A stretch of 64,000 bases of DNA, from the NCBI GenBank assembly GCA_020852955.1, contig JADYZW010000016.1, positions 130,801-194,800 on the forward strand, in the 5' to 3' direction. A model generated the notes under the pieces. That model was not told where the DNA came from, searched no databases, and saw only the letters and a list, made by a program, of their open reading frames with translations. The position numbers and the translations under genes were made by a program. Each line of letters begins with the position of its first letter. The stretch's first letter is position 1. The stretch is from Deltaproteobacteria bacterium. Its GTDB lineage: Bacteria; Desulfobacterota; Binatia; UTPRO1. Shown here piece by piece: positions 45,945 through 59,056 of the stretch.

Positions 45945-46554
45945 CCTTCTCCTCGGGCGTCCGTTCCACGACGGTGCGCACGTTGCCTTCGAACCGCGCG
46001 CGCTGCGACCCCATGTCGAGCGTCATGCGATCGCCGCTGAGCGAGAGCCCGTCGCCGGTGACCCGAACCGTCCCGGGAGACACCACGGAGTCGTCGGCCC
46101 GCTGATAGACGGCCCGATCCGCCTGGACCAGGTAGTCGCGAAACCGCAGCTCGATCCCCCCTTCGAGGTCGACCCGATCCATCTCGCGCCCGTCCAGCAA
46201 GATCTTTCCCTGCTTCCCCTTCACCGACACCACCCCCTGATCGTCCTTCACGAAGAAGCTCACCTCCGGGCCGTCCACGACGATCTGCTTGTCCTCTTCG
46301 AAGTACTGGGCCTCGCGCGCCGCGACCTCCCAGACCTTCCGTTCGCCGTCCATCTTGACGCGCCGGAAGTTCTGGATGCGCTGCGAGACCTGGGGGAGGA
46401 AGTCCAGCTCGCGCGTCCGGAGGCTGCGCAGGTGTTGCGCCCACTGGCTCCGGGCGAGCTGGACGATCACGGCGCCGACGGCGACCACCATGAGGACCGC
46501 GAGCACGGTGCGTACCCGCCGCCGGTTCAATCCTGAGCTCGACCATCGATGCAT
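45928..46554 (-). CDS. lptC: LPS export system anchor protein LptC
   Basis: Has an N-terminal TM anchor (TVLAVLMVVAVGAVIV) and an LptC-like beta-jellyroll region, in the expected synteny. Confidence 0.75.
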   Translation of the reverse strand: MHRWSSSGLNRRRVRTVLAVLMVVAVGAVIVQLARSQWAQHLRSLRTRELDFLPQVSQRIQNFRRVKMDGERKVWEVAAREAQYFEEDKQIVVDGPEVSFFVKDDQGVVSVKGKQGKILLDGREMDRVDLEGGIELRFRDYLVQADRAVYQRADDSVVSPGTVRVTGDGLSLSGDRMTLDMGSQRARFEGNVRTVVERTPEEKDANRS

Positions 46555-46645
46555 GCAAGAAAAATACCATGCACTACGAGATAGTAAAGGTTTGATTTGG
46601 TTGTGGGCTGGGCGGGGAGGCCTCGACGCGTGCCAGCCCGCCCGC

Positions 46646-47662
46646 TCAGACGACGCCGGCGCGCAGGAGATCGTGGAGGTGGATCACCCCCATCAGCCGG
46701 TCGCGGGAGTCGACGACGAAGAGCACCGTGATCGCGTGTCGCTCCATGGTGGCGACCGCGAGCGCGGCCAGCGCCTCGGCGTCGATCGTCTTCGGACGGC
46801 GGCCCATGACGTCGCCGACGGCCCGGGTCGTCAAGGCGTCCCCCGCCTCGAGCGCCCGGCGGAGGTCGCCGTCGGTCACGACGCCGAGCAACCGGTCGTC
46901 GCCGTCGACCACGGCCGTCACCCCGAGGCGCTTCGCCGTCATCTCGACGAGCGCGTCCGCCATGCGGCTGCCGACGGTCACGCGCGGCACCTCGTCCCCG
47001 ACATGCATCAGGTCCGCCACGCGCAGGAGCCGGCGGCCGAGCGCGCCGGCCGGATGCAGGGCCGCGAAATCCTCCGGGCGGAAGCCGCGGTGCTCGAGGA
47101 GCGCCACCGCGAGCGCGTCCCCCATGGCGAGCGCGGCGGTCGTGCTCGCGGTCGGCGCGAGACCGAGCGGGCAAGCCTCCTCGCTGACGCTCGCGTCGAT
47201 GACGGCGTCCGCCGTCCGTCCGAGCGTCGACTCGACGCGGCCGATCAACGCGAGCAGCGGCACCCCGAGGCGCTTCACGTGCGGCACGAGCGCCAGGATC
47301 TCGGCCGTCTCGCCGCTGTTCGACACGGCCAGCACGATGTCGTGACGCTCCAGCATCCCGAGATCGCCGTGCAGCGCCTCCGCGGCGTGGATGAAGAAGG
47401 CCGGGGTTCCGGTGCTCGCGAGCGTGGCCGCGATCTTCCGGGCGACGTGCCCCGACTTTCCCATACCGGTCACGACGACCTTGCCGCCGCGGTCGGCGAT
47501 CAGGCGGACGGCCGCATCGAAGCGCGCGTCGAGACGCGCCGCGAGCGCCGACAACGCCTCGGCCTCGACGAGGAGCACGCGGCGGCCGTGCGCGATGCTC
47601 GCGGGCGGCGGCGCGCTCCGCGGCGCGCGCCCGTCCGCGCGCGGGCGAGCGGGGCGCTTCAT
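46646..47662 (-). CDS. kdsD: Arabinose-5-phosphate isomerase (KdsD/KpsF; SIS plus tandem CBS domains)
   Basis: [39 protein letters not shown] and C-terminal CBS repeats. Confidence 0.88.
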   Translation of the reverse strand: MKRPARPRADGRAPRSAPPPASIAHGRRVLLVEAEALSALAARLDARFDAAVRLIADRGGKVVVTGMGKSGHVARKIAATLASTGTPAFFIHAAEALHGDLGMLERHDIVLAVSNSGETAEILALVPHVKRLGVPLLALIGRVESTLGRTADAVIDASVSEEACPLGLAPTASTTAALAMGDALAVALLEHRGFRPEDFAALHPAGALGRRLLRVADLMHVGDEVPRVTVGSRMADALVEMTAKRLGVTAVVDGDDRLLGVVTDGDLRRALEAGDALTTRAVGDVMGRRPKTIDAEALAALAVATMERHAITVLFVVDSRDRLMGVIHLHDLLRAGVV

Positions 47663-48507
47663 CGCGGCCCTCCGGCGGCGGACACTCCCTTCACGATCCG
47701 ATCGATCGCGACGAGGGTCGTGAGCAACGGCCGCAGATCGTCCAGGCGCAGCGAGTTCGCTCCGTCGCTCATGGCGCGATCGGGGTCCTCGTGCACCTCC
47801 ATGAACACGCCCGCGACCCCGACCGCGACCGCCGCGCGCGCCAGCGTCGGCACGAACTCGCGCTGTCCGCTCGAGGCGGCGCCGGCGCCGCCGGGGAGTT
47901 GCACGCTGTGGGTGGCGTCGAACACCACCGGGTAGCCGAAGCGCGCCAGGATCGCGAGCGAGCGCATGTCCGCGACGAGGTTGTTGTAACCGAAGCTCGC
48001 GCCGCGCTCGGTGACGAGCACCCGGTGATTGCCGCCGGCGCTCGCCTTCGCGATGACGTGCTCCATCTCCGGCGGCGAAAGGAACTGCCCCTTCTTGACG
48101 TTGACCGGCTTCCCGGCCGCGGCGACCGCCACGAGGAAGTCGGTTTGCCGGCAGAGGAACGCCGGCGTCTGCATGACGTCCACCACGGCCGCGACGGCCG
48201 CCACCTGCGACGCCTCGTGCACGTCGGTCAGGACCGGCACACCGATCTCGCGCCGCACCTCGGCGAGAATGGCCAGGCCCTCGTCCATGCCCGGCCCACG
48301 AAATCCCGCGCGCGACGTCCGGTTCGCCTTGTCGAAGGACGCCTTGAAGACGTAGGGCACGCCGGCCGCGCGCGCGACGTCGCGGATGCGCTCCGCGTGC
48401 CGCAGCGCGGAGTCGCGGCTCTCGATGACGCAGGGACCCGCGATCAGCGCGACCGGCCGCGCGTTGCCGAAGACGACGGACCCGACCGCGACCGTGCGTT
48501 CGCTCAC
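47659..48507 (-). CDS. kdsA: 3-deoxy-8-phosphooctulonate synthase
   Basis: [33 protein letters not shown]. Confidence 0.92.
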   Translation of the reverse strand: MSERTVAVGSVVFGNARPVALIAGPCVIESRDSALRHAERIRDVARAAGVPYVFKASFDKANRTSRAGFRGPGMDEGLAILAEVRREIGVPVLTDVHEASQVAAVAAVVDVMQTPAFLCRQTDFLVAVAAAGKPVNVKKGQFLSPPEMEHVIAKASAGGNHRVLVTERGASFGYNNLVADMRSLAILARFGYPVVFDATHSVQLPGGAGAASSGQREFVPTLARAAVAVGVAGVFMEVHEDPDRAMSDGANSLRLDDLRPLLTTLVAIDRIVKGVSAAGGPR

Positions 48508-48535
48508 GACGCCGTTCCTCCCCTGCGACGACGGA

Positions 48536-50943
<2,408 letters not shown>

Positions 50944-51006
50944 GGGCCGTGCTTATATGAATCGTCCGCCCGTCGTGTCAAAACGATCCCGACGGTCGGA
51001 GACGAC

Positions 51007-52392
<1,386 letters not shown>

Positions 52393-52534
52393 TCGGCCGC
52401 GCGCGCCCGGGACCGCGCCGACACGGCGCGCGCGCCGCCACCCGATCGACCGCGACCCGCCGGGGAGGGTTCGTGCAGCCGGCGCATGACCGCGGTCATG
52501 GCGGACGGGCGCAAAGATCGGCACGAGTGGCGAC

Positions 52535-54022
52535 ATGACCACCGCCCAGTCACCCTCCGCCGGCCACGGCCGGAACGGATCCAGCCGCTTCGTCATCATC
52601 GGCGCCGGGATGTCGGGAATCCTCTCCGCAATCAAGCTGCGCGAAGCGGGCCTCCACGATTTCGCGATCTACGAGAAGGCCGACCGCCTCGGCGGAACGT
52701 GGCGCGACAACACGTATCCCGGCCTCGCGTGCGACGTCCCGTCGCACCTCTACTGTTATTCCTTCGCTCCCAACCCGGACTGGAGCCACCGCTTCGCCTC
52801 GGGCGCCGAGATCCAGTCCTATTTCGAGGCCGTCGCGCGACGCCTGGGCATCGACCGGCTGATCCAGTACGGCAAGGAGGTCCGGCGCTGTACGTTTTCG
52901 GATGGACGCTGGAAGATCGAGCTCGCCGACGGCTCCACCGACGTCGCCGACTTCGTGATCGCGGCGACGGGCGTGCTGCGCGATCCCGCCTACCCCGACA
53001 TCCCGGGCCTCGAGACCTTCGCGGGCCCGGCGCTGCACACGGCGCGCTGGGACCATCGCGTGACGACGGCAGGCCGCCGCATCGGCATCGTCGGAACCGG
53101 CTCGAGCGCGATCCAGGTCGTCTCGGCGCTCGTGAGCGAGGCGGCCGAGCTGGTGCTCTTCCAGCGTACGCCGCAGTGGATCATGGCGCAGGAGAACCCG
53201 CCCTACACCCCGGCCGAGCGCGACGATTTCCGGATCCACCCCGAGAAGATGGCGGAGCTCCGCGCGGACATCGCGCGCGCGTTCGCCGACGGCTTCTCGA
53301 ACGCCGTCGTGGACGCGTATTCGCCGCAGCTCCAGGCAATCCACGAGGCCTGCGTGGCGAACCTCGAGAACAGCGTGCGCGATCCGGAGCTGCGCGAGAA
53401 GCTCCGCCCGAACTACCGGGCCGGCTGCAAGCGGCTCATCATGTCGGACGACTTCTACGAGGCGATCCAGCGTCCGAACGCCCGGCTCGTCACCGAAGCG
53501 ATCGCGGGCATCGAGCCCGGGGGCGTGCGCACCGCCGACGGGCGGCTCCACGCCCTCGACGTGCTCGTCCTGGCCACCGGCTTCCGCGTCGATCGCTTCG
53601 TGCGTCCGATGCAGGTGAGCGGGCGTTGCGGAGCGCGCCTCGACGACGTCTGGAAGGAGGGGCCGTTCGCGTATCTGGCGATCACGGTGCCGGCGTTCCC
53701 GAACTTCTTCATGCTCAACGGCCCCAACGGGCCGGTCGGCAACTTCTCGCTGATCGACGTCGCGGAGCTGCAGCTCGGCTACATCCTGCAGCTCGTCGAG
53801 CAGGTCCGCGCCGGCTCCTGCCGCGAGGTGAGCGTCTCGCCCACCGCGATGCGGCGCTTCGAGGACGAGCGCCGGCAGGCGGCCGCATCGACGATCTGGC
53901 AGAGCGGCTGCAAGAGCTGGTACCTCGACCCGCACGGCGTCCCGATCGCCTGGCCCTGGACGTTCGATCGCTTCCGGGAGGAGATGCGCGCGCCGCGGCT
54001 CGTCGACTTCGAGCTGCGTTGA
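52535..54022 (+). CDS. Type I Baeyer-Villiger / flavin-containing monooxygenase
   Basis: FAD motif VIIGAGMSG, the BVMO fingerprint FAGPALHTARWD (FxGxxxHxxxWD), and a second Rossmann motif IGIVGTGSSA. Confidence 0.8.
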   Translation: MTTAQSPSAGHGRNGSSRFVIIGAGMSGILSAIKLREAGLHDFAIYEKADRLGGTWRDNTYPGLACDVPSHLYCYSFAPNPDWSHRFASGAEIQSYFEAVARRLGIDRLIQYGKEVRRCTFSDGRWKIELADGSTDVADFVIAATGVLRDPAYPDIPGLETFAGPALHTARWDHRVTTAGRRIGIVGTGSSAIQVVSALVSEAAELVLFQRTPQWIMAQENPPYTPAERDDFRIHPEKMAELRADIARAFADGFSNAVVDAYSPQLQAIHEACVANLENSVRDPELREKLRPNYRAGCKRLIMSDDFYEAIQRPNARLVTEAIAGIEPGGVRTADGRLHALDVLVLATGFRVDRFVRPMQVSGRCGARLDDVWKEGPFAYLAITVPAFPNFFMLNGPNGPVGNFSLIDVAELQLGYILQLVEQVRAGSCREVSVSPTAMRRFEDERRQAAASTIWQSGCKSWYLDPHGVPIAWPWTFDRFREEMRAPRLVDFELR

Positions 54023-54112
54023 CGCGGCGGGCCGCGAGTCCGGCGCGCCGTCCGCCGCCGCGCCGTGGCGGCGGGTCCGTCGTCCGGAGGACGAGCCGCC
54101 CCGCGCCTGGGT

Positions 54113-55255
54113 CTACTCGGCGGCCGGCGGCGCGGCGGCGCCGGTCTTGCGGCCGCGTCCGCCGCGCCGCCGGCCGCCGCGCCGGCGCGAACGCCGCCGA
54201 CCCGACTCCTCGGCGGCGGCGCCGTTCTCGCCGGCCGGCGCCTGCTCGCCGTCCGCCGTCGACTCCTCGGACGCCGGGTCCTCGGACGCCGCGGTCGGCG
54301 CGGACGCGGACGCCGCGTCCGCGACCATGCGCACCCGGCCATTCGGCAGGACCTCGATCTCCTTCATGCGGCGCAGGCGCGTCACGAGCCGCGGCGATCC
54401 CGGCGGACGCTGGAAGCCTGCCGCCTTGAGCGCGACCGTGAGCGCATCGAGCGTCACGGTATGCGCCGGATCGGAGGCGGCGAGGCGCGCGATCACGTGC
54501 TCAAGCTGCTCCTGCGAGGCGGCGAGCGGAGCCTCTTCCGTGGATGGAATCGCGGCCGCCGGACGCGCCGCCGGACGCGCCGCGTGGGCCGTCGCGGCCG
54601 CCGGACGCGCCGCGGACGAGGCCCCCGTCGGACCCGCGCCGCGCCCGCTACCTCCGCGCCGACGGCGCCGCCGGCGGCGCTCGCCGGTCCCCTCGCCCGC
54701 CCGCTCGGCGGCTGCCGCGCCCGGCCCCGCGCTGCGGTACGTGATGCGGCGGAACGTCACCCCGAGCCGCGCGGCCGCGTCGCCGACGGCGTCGAAGGCG
54801 CGGTCGTGCGACACGATGTCGATCGCGTCGCCGGGGCGCGAGCGTCCGAGCCAGATGCCCGCCTGAACGGCGATCCAGAGGTCACTCCAGTCGGAGACGC
54901 GCGTCGCCGGCGCGCTGTGGACGAGGTGCGCGCCGCGCTGCGCGAGCGAGCGGCCGAGCTGTTGGCCGACCACGCGCCAGTTCCCGATCGCGGTGATCTC
55001 GGTGTCGCCGGTCGTGAGATCGATCGCGAGCTCGTCGAGCACGCGCGCGAGCTCATGCTCGCTGCTGGTGTTCTCGACGTCGATGAAGACCACGCGCCGC
55101 GGCCCGGCGGCGGCGGCCGCGGCGGTCGGCACGGCTCTCGACGCCTTCGCGGTCCTCGCGGCGGAGGTCTTGCGGCCGCGCGGCGTCGCGGTCTTGCGTG
55201 CCACGCTCTTCTTCGTACGCGCGGGCGCCTTCTTGGCGGGGGTCTTGGTCGCCAT
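54113..55255 (-). CDS. NYN-domain (LabA-like) plus OST-HTH/LOTUS-like protein with a Lys/Ala/Pro/Thr-rich N-tail and Arg-rich linker and tail
   Basis: The start is ATG 55255 (MATKTPAKKAPARTKKSVARK...). The NYN-like core is VVFIDVENTS...IDIVSHDRAFDAVGDAAARLGVTF. The OST-HTH-like segment is HTVTLDALTVALKAAGFQRPPGSPRLVTRLRRMKEIEV. The remainder of track ORF 54113-55939 is not protein-like. Confidence 0.6.
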   Translation of the reverse strand: MATKTPAKKAPARTKKSVARKTATPRGRKTSAARTAKASRAVPTAAAAAAGPRRVVFIDVENTSSEHELARVLDELAIDLTTGDTEITAIGNWRVVGQQLGRSLAQRGAHLVHSAPATRVSDWSDLWIAVQAGIWLGRSRPGDAIDIVSHDRAFDAVGDAAARLGVTFRRITYRSAGPGAAAAERAGEGTGERRRRRRRRGGSGRGAGPTGASSAARPAAATAHAARPAARPAAAIPSTEEAPLAASQEQLEHVIARLAASDPAHTVTLDALTVALKAAGFQRPPGSPRLVTRLRRMKEIEVLPNGRVRMVADAASASAPTAASEDPASEESTADGEQAPAGENGAAAEESGRRRSRRRGGRRRGGRGRKTGAAAPPAAE

Positions 55256-55305
55256 CGTCCGGGCGTTATGACGGGTATCGCGTCGGGTGTCGAGCGTCGG
55301 ACGCG

Positions 55306-58300
55306 TCAATAGCGTCGCTTCCAGAACAGATCGACGCCGCTGCGGCCGAGCGTATCCGTCGAGGTCTCGAGGCTCCACCCGGGACGGATGACGTACTCGA
55401 TCCGCACCTCCTCGACGCTCTGCCCGAAGCGGTGTGCGAGGCTCACGAAGATGTCGTCGGCGACGTACTTGCCGACCGACACCCGCGCATCCTGCAGCCC
55501 GCTCGCGCCCGTATCGAACTGCAGGTCGTCGACGCCGAGCGCGTTGGCGACCGATTCCCGGAGCTCCGACGCCACGTAGCCGCCCGCGAGACCGAGCGCG
55601 TGCTCGCGAAGGCCCGCGGACTGCGTGTCGCTCAGCCGATTCGCGGGCGCGCCGAAGAGGAGCACGGCGAGTACGTCCGCCTGATCGAGGGCGGGCTCGC
55701 TCTCGAGCGCGAGCGCCGGCTTGGTGACCGTCCCGCCGACCTTGAGGCGCACGAGGTACTCGCCGGCCCGGTGCGTCGCTGCGATGTCCAGCGTGGGGTC
55801 GAACCCCTGGCCGCCGAACCGGACGCTCCCTTCCTCGAGGGTGAACTTCTTCCCCTGGAACGCGTACCAGCCCCGTAGGCCGCGGATGTCGCCCGCGAGG
55901 TGCAGCTCCTCGCCGGGCTTCTTCCACGCGGTGATCCATCCCTGCAGCTCGACGTTGGCGTCGGAGCGGCGCACCCAGGCGTCGCGCGGCACCGCGAGCT
56001 GCACCGTCACGGCGGCGCGCTCGAAGAGCGTCGGCGCCGCGGGCGGCGGCGGCGCGCCCGGCGCCGCGGGCGGCGGCGGCGCGCCCGGACCGACCACCAC
56101 GATCGTCGGATCGGGCGGATGCACCGACCCCGGCAACGCCTCGGGAACCTGGAGCACGAGGCCGTCGGTCGCGAGCGACCCCTCGACGACCGGCGCCGCC
56201 GCCGTGCCCGACACCCAGAGCCAGCCGCTCGCGACGCCGCGCCCGTACTCGTTGACGAACAGCGGAAATCGCTTCACCTCGAAGCGCGCATCCATGGATG
56301 CGCCGGCGCCGTCGAGGCGCGCGCTGCCGCCGCCGGCGATCCGGCCCTTTCCGCTCGCGATCGTCAGGCGATCGATCGACGCGACCCGCCCATCGAGACG
56401 CACGGCCGCGTCGATCGCGTCGTACGTCACGCCGAGCGGCACGACGTACGCGTGGCCGCCCGCAAGCCCGACGGTCCCGTGCGCCTCGAGCGCGCCGATC
56501 GGTCCCGAGACGCGCACGTCGGCCGCGAGCGTGCCGCCGGCCCTGGCGACGAGCCCCGGCCGAAGCGCGCCGACGAACGCGAGGTCGATCCCGTCGGCGC
56601 GCACACGCGCCTCGAGATCTCCGAGCGCGAAGCGGAACGGCGCGAGTGCGAATGCGAGCGGCGCGCCGGCGTCGACGACCAGCGTCTGCGCCGCGCGCGC
56701 GAGCCGCGCATGCAGCGTGCCGCGCCCGGCGGCGATCGCCACCTGCGCGCGCAGCGCGTCGTAGCGCGCGCCCCCGAGCGTCGGCGCGTCGAGGTCGACC
56801 TCGGCGTCGATCCGCGAGGCGGCGAACGTGCCGCCGAGGCGGACCCGGCCGCGGAGACGTCCGTGCACTTCGGCGGACACGAGCCCGGCGAGCGCCTCCG
56901 GATCGAGCCCGTCGACGACGACCTCGAGATCGCTGCCGGCGGCGGCGAGCGTCCCGCGCGCGCGGACGCTGCCGTCACCCGCGCGCAGGACGAGGTCGCG
57001 GACCGCGAGCCGCGCGCCGCGGAGCTCGAGGACGGGCCTGCCGACCGCCGCCCACGTGGTCCCGCGGTGGGTGACGCGCACGTTCGTCAGGGTGGCCCGG
57101 GCGGTGTCGCCGCGGCGCGCGACCTCGGCGCGCAGCTCGTGCCGCGCGCCGTCGGGCTCGCGGGCGCGCACCGCCACGTCGCCCCGAAACGCGGCGAGCG
57201 CGCCGCGCGCGCCGGCCTCGAGGGCGATCTCCGCGAACCGCCGTTGGCCGAGCGCGGCGTCGCGCACCGTGCCGCTGAGCGCGACGTCCGCCGCGTCGGC
57301 GCCGAGCTCGCGGGCGGCGAGGCGCGCGTCGAGCGCGGCGGTCCGCCACCCGGCGCCGGCGAGATGCCGGCCGGCGAGCACGACCTCCGCGGCGAACGCC
57401 GCCGGGCTCCCACGCAGCGTCGCCCGCGCGGTTCCCGTGCCGCGGAGCTCGGGGCGGCCGAGGAGCGCCGCGAGCGGCGCGAGATCGCGCACGCGCGCCT
57501 CGGCCCGCATCCCGCCGGTCGCGGCGCCGGGCGTGCGCGCGAACGCCGCGTCGCCCGCGGCCGTGACCGCCCCGACGTCGGTCGAGACCGTCAGACGCTC
57601 GACCGTGAGGCGCCCGGCCGCGACGCGCGCGGCCGCGTCGCCGCGCGCGATCGTGACCCCGCCGACGCGGCTCGGCGCGATCGCCAGGCTCGCGTCGAGC
57701 CGTGTCGGCGGGACCGCGAAGCCGACGCCGGCGAGGCGCGCGGTGGCGTTCAGCCGTCCCGCGAGCTCGCGGCGCCCGAGCACCGCGCCGAGATCGAGCT
57801 CGGCCGCGACGAGCTCGACCGCGAATCGCTCCGCGCCCGGCGCGACGTCGCCGGACGCGCGCACGCCTCCCGCGTCGCTCGCGACCGCGACGTCGAAGCG
57901 CACGGCCTCGCCGGCGACGCGCGCCGTCCCGCGCGCGGAGGCGAACGTGGTCGTCCCCACGCGCGACGCCCCGAGGTCGAGGCCGACGTCGTAGACGCGC
58001 GGAGACCCCGCCGGCGCCGCGAGCGTGACGCTCCCGGTGAGGTCGGTGGCCGGAAGTCCCGCGCTCGCGAGCGCGGCGACGTCGACGCGCTCGAGCTCCA
58101 CGCGCGCGGCGCCGGCCGGCGCCGCGCCCGCGAGATCGACCGTCCCCTCGATGCCGAGCCGACCGACGACGCGCGCTGCCGCGTCCTCCGCGCTCTCGGC
58201 CGTGAGCGCGCCGGCGACCGCGACGGCGGCGCGCGGCCCGCGCGCCCGCAGCTCCCCGCGCCAGTCGCTCAGCGGCAACCCGGTACGGAGAAGCCCGCGC

Positions 58301-59055
58301 ACGTCGGCCGCCCCGAGGCGGTCGACACGAAGCGCGCCGTCCACGTCCGGGCCGAATCGACCCATGAGTGCGACCGACGAGATGGGGGTCCGCGCGCGGA
58401 CATCCTCGATCGTCCACGCGCCGCCCTCGACCGCGACGCGACCCGCGACTTCCTCGAAGCGCACCCCGCTCCCCTCCTCGCGAAACGCGAGCGCGTCGAT
58501 CGCCACCCGCGCCGCGCCGGGCGCGAAGCGGGCGGCGCCCGCCAACGTGACGCCGCGCAGGCGCCACCCGCGACCGGGACGCACGATCCGCACGGCGCCG
58601 TTCGTCACGCGCAGCGCGCGCAGATCGACGACGAGCGTCGACGGCCGCTCCTCCTCCGCGGCCTTCACGAGATGCTCGACGTTCCACCCGCGCTCGCCCG
58701 CGACCAGCCGGAGCGCAACGCCGTCCGCGACGAGCGACGTGATCCGCAGGCCGCCGCCCCGCGCCAGCGTGAGGAGATCGTAGGTCGCCGCGAGTCGGCG
58801 CACCGCGAGCACGCGCGCGCCGTCCTGCACCAAGCGGACGTCGCGGGCGACGAGCGTCCCGAGAAAATGGCCCTCGAGAGCGCCGATCGTGAGGCGGCCG
58901 TTCAGCTCGGCGTTCACCCGCGCCAGCACGGCGCGGCGAATCCCATCGCGGAACGCCGCGCTCTGCGACACGACGGCGAGTGCCGCGATCGCGGCGGCGG
59001 CGACGCCGCCCAGCAGCAGGCCGAGACGCGCCCACCGGCGCACGCGCGCGGCCAT
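55306..59055 (-). CDS. tamB: Translocation and assembly module protein TamB (AsmA-like, DUF490 C-terminus)
   Basis: The 1249-aa ORF has an N-terminal signal anchor, a long beta-rich repetitive body and a C-terminal DUF490-like region (VSVGKYVADDIFVSLAHRFG...WSLETSTD...GVDLFWKRRY). It lies directly downstream of an Omp85 gene. Confidence 0.8.
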   Translation of the reverse strand: MAARVRRWARLGLLLGGVAAAAIAALAVVSQSAAFRDGIRRAVLARVNAELNGRLTIGALEGHFLGTLVARDVRLVQDGARVLAVRRLAATYDLLTLARGGGLRITSLVADGVALRLVAGERGWNVEHLVKAAEEERPSTLVVDLRALRVTNGAVRIVRPGRGWRLRGVTLAGAARFAPGAARVAIDALAFREEGSGVRFEEVAGRVAVEGGAWTIEDVRARTPISSVALMGRFGPDVDGALRVDRLGAADVRGLLRTGLPLSDWRGELRARGPRAAVAVAGALTAESAEDAAARVVGRLGIEGTVDLAGAAPAGAARVELERVDVAALASAGLPATDLTGSVTLAAPAGSPRVYDVGLDLGASRVGTTTFASARGTARVAGEAVRFDVAVASDAGGVRASGDVAPGAERFAVELVAAELDLGAVLGRRELAGRLNATARLAGVGFAVPPTRLDASLAIAPSRVGGVTIARGDAAARVAAGRLTVERLTVSTDVGAVTAAGDAAFARTPGAATGGMRAEARVRDLAPLAALLGRPELRGTGTARATLRGSPAAFAAEVVLAGRHLAGAGWRTAALDARLAARELGADAADVALSGTVRDAALGQRRFAEIALEAGARGALAAFRGDVAVRAREPDGARHELRAEVARRGDTARATLTNVRVTHRGTTWAAVGRPVLELRGARLAVRDLVLRAGDGSVRARGTLAAAGSDLEVVVDGLDPEALAGLVSAEVHGRLRGRVRLGGTFAASRIDAEVDLDAPTLGGARYDALRAQVAIAAGRGTLHARLARAAQTLVVDAGAPLAFALAPFRFALGDLEARVRADGIDLAFVGALRPGLVARAGGTLAADVRVSGPIGALEAHGTVGLAGGHAYVVPLGVTYDAIDAAVRLDGRVASIDRLTIASGKGRIAGGGSARLDGAGASMDARFEVKRFPLFVNEYGRGVASGWLWVSGTAAAPVVEGSLATDGLVLQVPEALPGSVHPPDPTIVVVGPGAPPPPAAPGAPPPPAAPTLFERAAVTVQLAVPRDAWVRRSDANVELQGWITAWKKPGEELHLAGDIRGLRGWYAFQGKKFTLEEGSVRFGGQGFDPTLDIAATHRAGEYLVRLKVGGTVTKPALALESEPALDQADVLAVLLFGAPANRLSDTQSAGLREHALGLAGGYVASELRESVANALGVDDLQFDTGASGLQDARVSVGKYVADDIFVSLAHRFGQSVEEVRIEYVIRPGWSLETSTDTLGRSGVDLFWKRRY

Positions 59056-59056
59056 C

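Noticed and set aside
46600-46645. GC-rich hairpin (GGGCGGG...CCCGCCC) after the kdsD stop, as a terminator
   Set aside because: The pairing is ambiguous, the loop is long and there is no U-tract. The downstream lptC is probably co-transcribed.
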